Shown here: positions 59,585 to 64,000 of the stretch, in pieces
How the letters are laid out: each line of letters opens with the position of its first letter
Position numbering within the stretch: the first letter of the stretch is position 1
Origin: Ferruginibacter sp.
Lineage (GTDB): Bacteria; Bacteroidota; Bacteroidia; Chitinophagales; Chitinophagaceae
NCBI GenBank assembly: GCA_031430735.1
Contig: JANPCB010000121.1
Coordinates: forward strand, 4,869 to 68,868
Direction of reading: 5' to 3'
DNA length: 64,000 nucleotides
Notes under the pieces: generated by a model
Databases searched by the model: none
What the model was told of the DNA's origin: nothing
Seen by the model: the letters and a program-made list of their open reading frames with translations, nothing else
Translations under genes and position numbers: made by a program

Positions 59585-61105
59585 ATGCTTAGGCAAATTA
59601 TTACAGTTGTATTAATTATTTTCTTGTACATACATGTACATGCGCAACAAAAAACACAGCGGCCTAACATTGTAGTAATTTTGGCTGATGATCTTGGTTG
59701 GGCTGATCTAACCTCATACGGCAGTACTTTTTATGAAACACCAAATCTTGATAAGCTTGCAGTAGGCGGTATTCGTTTTACGCAGAACTATGCAACCTGT
59801 CCTGTGTGCAGCCCTACACGTGCAAGTATGATGACGGGCAAGTATCCTGTAAACACCGGTATTACAGATTGGATACGTGGCAGGCAGGCTGAAGGGAAAG
59901 CACAACCTTATGAAAAATTAATTGCACAACCAACGGCTTACGAGTTGGCCTTAAATGAAAAAACCATTGCGGAGTTTGCATTGGAAAATAGTTACAAAAC
60001 ATTTTTTGCAGGTAAATGGCATTTAGGTGAAGAAGAAAAATATTGGCCCGATCACCAGGGGTTCCAAACTAATGTTGGTGGCTGGAGTGCAGGCTCGCCA
60101 AAGGGGAAAAAGAATGACACTACAGGTGGCTTTTTTACTCCTTATAATAATCCAACATTAAGCGATGGGCCACCGAGCGAATACCTTACTGATCGGTTGG
60201 CAAATGAGTGTATCGATTTTATTGATAAGAATAAACAAGCTCCCTTCTTTTTAATGTATTCATTGTATGCTGTACACAATCCTATGCAAGCCCCAAGCGA
60301 GTTGGTTAAAAAATACCAAGCAAAACAAAAGCAATTGGGTACAAAAAATAATGAACGTTTTGCAAAAGAGCAAGAATGGATGAAGAATGAAAAAGATTGG
60401 AAGCAGCGTTTGGTTCAGGATAATCCGGTGTATGCTGCAATGATAGAAAATATGGATAGGAACATCGGGAGAATAATGAATAAACTTCAACAATCCGGTC
60501 TCGACGATAATACGCTTGTAATATTTACATCAGACAATGGTGGCCTAAGCACAGCTGAAGGAAGTCCTACAGTTAATGGGCCTTTAAGAGGGGGAAAAGG
60601 TTGGTTGTATGAAGGAGGAATTCGGGTACCTTTAATCATGTATTGGAAAGGGAAAATCATCGCAGGTTCAACATCAGATTTGCCGGTAACTACCGCTGAT
60701 TTTTTCCCCACTATTGCAAATGCAATAAATGAAAATTATCAAACCGGAAAAAATATTGATGGAGCAAATATTTTTAAATTGTTGTTAAACCCGCAAAAAT
60801 CCAACAGCCGAAAACTCTACTGGCATTATCCGCATTATAGCAACCAGGGTGGCAAACCAGGTTCTGTTATTCGTGAAGGTAAGTACAAACTAATTTATAA
60901 TTATGAAGAAGAAACGGTGGAGCTTTATAATATGGAGAAAGATATTTCAGAAAAAAACAACATCGCCTCTACAAACAAACAAGTGGCAAAACGATTGAAA
61001 AAAAAGCTCTTTATATGGCTAAAGGAAACAGCCGCAAAAAGCCCCAATATAAATCCGGCTTATAACCCTACCGCTAAGGCGGAAGAAAATAAAAACGGTG
61101 AATAG
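59585..61105 (+). CDS. Family S1 sulfatase (Cys-type)
   Basis: PNIVVILADDLGWAD, PVCSPTRASMMTGKY, GKWHLG and FTSDNGG. Confidence 0.9.
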   Translation: MLRQIITVVLIIFLYIHVHAQQKTQRPNIVVILADDLGWADLTSYGSTFYETPNLDKLAVGGIRFTQNYATCPVCSPTRASMMTGKYPVNTGITDWIRGRQAEGKAQPYEKLIAQPTAYELALNEKTIAEFALENSYKTFFAGKWHLGEEEKYWPDHQGFQTNVGGWSAGSPKGKKNDTTGGFFTPYNNPTLSDGPPSEYLTDRLANECIDFIDKNKQAPFFLMYSLYAVHNPMQAPSELVKKYQAKQKQLGTKNNERFAKEQEWMKNEKDWKQRLVQDNPVYAAMIENMDRNIGRIMNKLQQSGLDDNTLVIFTSDNGGLSTAEGSPTVNGPLRGGKGWLYEGGIRVPLIMYWKGKIIAGSTSDLPVTTADFFPTIANAINENYQTGKNIDGANIFKLLLNPQKSNSRKLYWHYPHYSNQGGKPGSVIREGKYKLIYNYEEETVELYNMEKDISEKNNIASTNKQVAKRLKKKLFIWLKETAAKSPNINPAYNPTAKAEENKNGE

Positions 61106-61257
61106 AGGTTTAATAAAAAAGTACAACTTATTTTATCTGAAACATGAACCAACGATTATTCTTATTTATTAAAATAAACTCATTTTAATAAACGGAAATA
61201 AATGTAAAATTTTAATAATAAAAATCTAAAGAAAACGGAAAATGTCAAACAATTTCC

Positions 61258-61296
61258 TTTGAACTAAATGCACCGCATTTTTGATACATTTGCGGT
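61258..61296 (+). promoter_or_regulatory. Candidate promoter of the PUL susC (-33 TTTG, -7 TAcaTTTG) overlapped by a small hairpin
   Basis: tttg at 61258-61261 and tacatttg at 61285-61292. accgca at 61272-61277 pairs with tgcggt at 61291-61296. Confidence 0.4.
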
Positions 61297-61351
61297 AGTC
61301 CACTTCAGATTTTTGTTGCTTACTTAGTGTTACTAAATTAAAACCAAAACG

Positions 61352-64000
61352 ATGCTTGTTTTAAAACGAAAAACTATTTCAACTCTTGCCTGTATGTGCT
61401 TATTTTTTTTAGTAAGCCTTCCCGCATTTTCTCAAACTACTACGGTTAGAGGTACTGTAGTCAAATCAGGAGATAATACTCCTTTTGCCGATGTGTCGGT
61501 GGTTCAACAAGGCTCCAAAAAGGGAACCAAAACTGACGAGCAAGGTTCATTCAGTTTAAATGTTACAGGTAGTAAACCAGTACTTGTTTTTAGTAGTGTA
61601 GGGTTTCAGCCATACACGCTAAAATGGGATGGCAATTCAGCCATTAGTGTATCCATGGAGCGTGCAGTGTCTACGCTTGACGATGTGGTAGTGGTAGGTT
61701 ACGGGCAACAGAAAAAAGTAAATCTAACCGGCTCCACACAAACAATTAAGTTTGATGACGCCGTTAACCAGCCTGTTACTAATTCCGGACAGCTTATGTA
61801 CGGAAAGTTTTCGGGCGTTCAAATTACACAGGGTAGCGGCTTACCCGGCGCAGATGCTTCCAGCGTTCTTATAAGGGGGTTAGGTACTTTTGGCACATCT
61901 ACTCCATTAGTGGTTATTGATAACATTCAATACCCTTCTCTAAATGAATTTAATAACTTGTCTCCTGCAGATATTGAATCTATATCAGTATTAAAAGATG
62001 CGTCTGCAAGTGCAATCTATGGAGCAAGGGGCGCAAATGGGGTAATCATTGTAACAACCAAAAAAGGTAAAAGTGGTTCCAGTAGCGTTGTATATAATAG
62101 CTATATTGGGTTTCAAAAAACAACGGTAATTCCTCAATACCTCGGTGCGGTAGATTATACCACCTTAATTAATGAAAGAGATGTAAATCAAACTGGTCCA
62201 ACTACCGTGGTAAGATATACTCCTGCTGAAGTTCAAGCAATAACGGATGGTTCTAGGCCCGACCAATATGCAAAGACAAACTGGGCTAAAGAAATTTTGA
62301 GGGATGCGCCAATTCAGAGTCATTATGTTGCATTTTCTGGCGGTAATGATAAAACCACTTACCGTGCTTCACTTGGTTATTTAAACCAGGAAGCCATTGT
62401 TCGTGGCAAGTTTAAATCAGAGCGTTTTAACCTAAGTCTCAACCTAAATTCAAAAGTAAAAAGTTGGCTTGCAGTTAGCAATGTAACCAATGCTTACTGG
62501 AGTAAGTTCAAGGGTCCCACAGGAGGTACAGACGCCATTTTAGGAGAAACAGGAATAATCAATCAATTTCAGCGCTCACACCCTGTAGTGCCCACTTATT
62601 ATGCTAATGGGGAATATGGTTTTGTAGATGGTTCTTATTTAAAAGTGAATGGCAGCCCTCCAATTACCAATCCGCTAAGAAGAGGTGTCTTGGGTGACTA
62701 CAGTGATGATGAAATAAATATTGCTGATCGTTTTGGCATTAAAGCTGATCTTTTAAAAGGATTGTCTTTTGAAACCAGTGGAAGTATTAGTGCTTTATTT
62801 GGCAGCACATCCCAGTTTACACCTACCAGTGATGTTAGGGATTGGGCGGGTAATCTTGTTTCTCAAAATTTAGTAAATTCACTCAGAAACAGTACAAGGT
62901 TTAACTATCGATTGTTGAATGAAAATATACTTAGATACAGCAAAAAATTTAATGGTAATAAACACGATGTATCGATACTGGCAGGCCATTCGCTTGTTTA
63001 TAATCGCAATGATGGTTTTACAGGTAATTTAGAAGGATTTCCCACAAACAATTTACAGGAATTTAATGGCGGTGGTGTATTAAATCCTAATGTTTCCGGT
63101 TCGGCCAGTGTAGAAACTTTGCAATCTTTTTTTGCAAGAGCAAACTACATTTTAAGCGGAAAATATCTTTTCGAAGCTAATATTAGAAGAGACGGATCTT
63201 CAAAATTTGGCCCAGAGAATAAATATGGAACTTTCCCATCTGCTTCTGTAGGGTGGAGGTTAAGCCAAGAAAGATTCTTAAGTAGTAGAAAATGGATATC
63301 AGATTTAAAACTTAGAGCAAGTTGGGGTATAACAGGAAATGATAATATTCCTAATAATTTGTATTCGCAAAATTACTCTCTTAATGGTGATTACTTTATT
63401 GGTAATACGATTGTGTCTGCAGTTGCTTTAACGGGCGGGCTGGCAAATCCCGGAATTAAATGGGAGACAGTGGAACAAATAGATTTTGGAATTGATGCAG
63501 GATTTTTTAATAATCGTCTTCAATTTACAGCGGAGTATTTTAAACGTAAAAGTACAGACTTGTTGTATAGCAATTTCCCTATTCCTGCTACAATTGGTGT
63601 TTCTAGTCTTGGTGCACGAAATGCGGCTGATATGGTGAATGCAGGTACAGAGTTTAGCTTGAGCTATAGAAATAAAATAAAGAAAATTAATTACAGTATT
63701 GGAGGAAACCTGAGTTTGTTTAAAGATAATAAAGTAACGGGATTAGGCCAAGGTGGATTAGAAAGTATAGGAGCTGAAACCATAGTAAGGGTGGGTGTTC
63801 CATTCAATGCATTATACGGCTACCAGGTATTAGGTGTTTTTCAAACAGCTGATGAGGTATCAAAAGCTCCTAGACAATTTGGAAATACAAGAACAGCGCC
63901 GGGAGATTTTCAGTATGCTGATCTTAACAAAGATGGTGTGATTAACGAAAGCGATAGAACAGTCATTGGTAATCCTTTCCCAAAAACTGTTTACAACTTT
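61352..64000 (+). CDS. SusC/RagA-family TonB-dependent transporter, 3' end outside window
   Basis: Not in the ORF track because no stop occurs in the window. My hand translation of the first ~270 codons from ATG 61352 and of the last 16 codons found no stop. I did not hand-translate the middle, and continuity there is inferred only from the absence of any listed + strand ORF in this span. The protein begins MLVLKRKTISTLACMCLFFLVSLPAFSQTTTVRGTVV and carries VVVVGYGQQKK and VLKDASASAIYGARGANGVIIVTTKKG. The window ends in ...DRTVIGNPFPKTVYNF. Confidence 0.85.
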   Translation, partial: MLVLKRKTISTLACMCLFFLVSLPAFSQTTTVRGTVVKSGDNTPFADVSVVQQGSKKGTKTDEQGSFSLNVTGSKPVLVFSSVGFQPYTLKWDGNSAISVSMERAVSTLDDVVVVGYGQQKKVNLTGSTQTIKFDDAVNQPVTNSGQLMYGKFSGVQITQGSGLPGADASSVLIRGLGTFGTSTPLVVIDNIQYPSLNEFNNLSPADIESISVLKDASASAIYGARGANGVIIVTTKKGKSGSSSVVYNSYIGFQKTTVIPQYLGAVDYTTLINERDVNQTGPTTVVRYTPAEVQAITDGSRPDQYAKTNWAKEILRDAPIQSHYVAFSGGNDKTTYRASLGYLNQEAIVRGKFKSERFNLSLNLNSKVKSWLAVSNVTNAYWSKFKGPTGGTDAILGETGIINQFQRSHPVVPTYYANGEYGFVDGSYLKVNGSPPITNPLRRGVLGDYSDDEINIADRFGIKADLLKGLSFETSGSISALFGSTSQFTPTSDVRDWAGNLVSQNLVNSLRNSTRFNYRLLNENILRYSKKFNGNKHDVSILAGHSLVYNRNDGFTGNLEGFPTNNLQEFNGGGVLNPNVSGSASVETLQSFFARANYILSGKYLFEANIRRDGSSKFGPENKYGTFPSASVGWRLSQERFLSSRKWISDLKLRASWGITGNDNIPNNLYSQNYSLNGDYFIGNTIVSAVALTGGLANPGIKWETVEQIDFGIDAGFFNNRLQFTAEYFKRKSTDLLYSNFPIPATIGVSSLGARNAADMVNAGTEFSLSYRNKIKKINYSIGGNLSLFKDNKVTGLGQGGLESIGAETIVRVGVPFNALYGYQVLGVFQTADEVSKAPRQFGNTRTAPGDFQYADLNKDGVINESDRTVIGNPFPKTVYNF

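Overview
AT-rich chromosomal segment of Bacteroidota type. The evidence is two SusC/SusD-type loci, a hybrid two-component regulator with an AraC domain, T9SS-like C-terminal sorting domains and TAnnTTTG -7 promoter boxes. It looks Chitinophagales/Sphingobacteriales-like, but the exact taxon cannot be determined from the sequence alone. Positions 1-39,000 are mostly housekeeping genes: dxs, feoB, aat, pyrH, recQ, gatB, recO, prfA, kpsF-like and manC-like genes, a MarR regulator, and a long acyl-CoA dehydrogenase. This part also holds an enzyme-less SusC/SusD/DUF4397 locus, an MMPL/RND-type transporter and one small PIN-domain toxin-antitoxin pair. Positions 39,643-64,000 form one co-directional polysaccharide utilisation locus (PUL). 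It encodes a sialate-O-acetylesterase-like enzyme, two paralog-tailed T9SS cargo proteins (one a PF11790/GH128-like hydrolase), a beta-helix protein, four Cys-type sulfatases, the hybrid regulator, a GH2 beta-galactosidase and a SusC that runs off the window. I found no rRNA, tRNA, CRISPR array, transposase or integrase. The most unusual content is non-genic. At least four families of short G+C-rich hairpin or 9-nt-periodic repeats are scattered through the window. Two copies lie in-frame inside coding sequences (a GT2 glycosyltransferase and an amidohydrolase). One copy supplies a stop codon and one abuts a start codon, a behaviour reminiscent of Rickettsia palindromic elements. Other notable points are a 1-nt homopolymer frameshift splitting the acyl-CoA dehydrogenase, a ~200-bp element bounded by a perfect 19-bp inverted repeat between two divergent genes, an operator-like triple site upstream of a PDZ protein gene, and an orphan terminator that may mark a small RNA. 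All functional calls come from motif recognition by eye. No database search was run.
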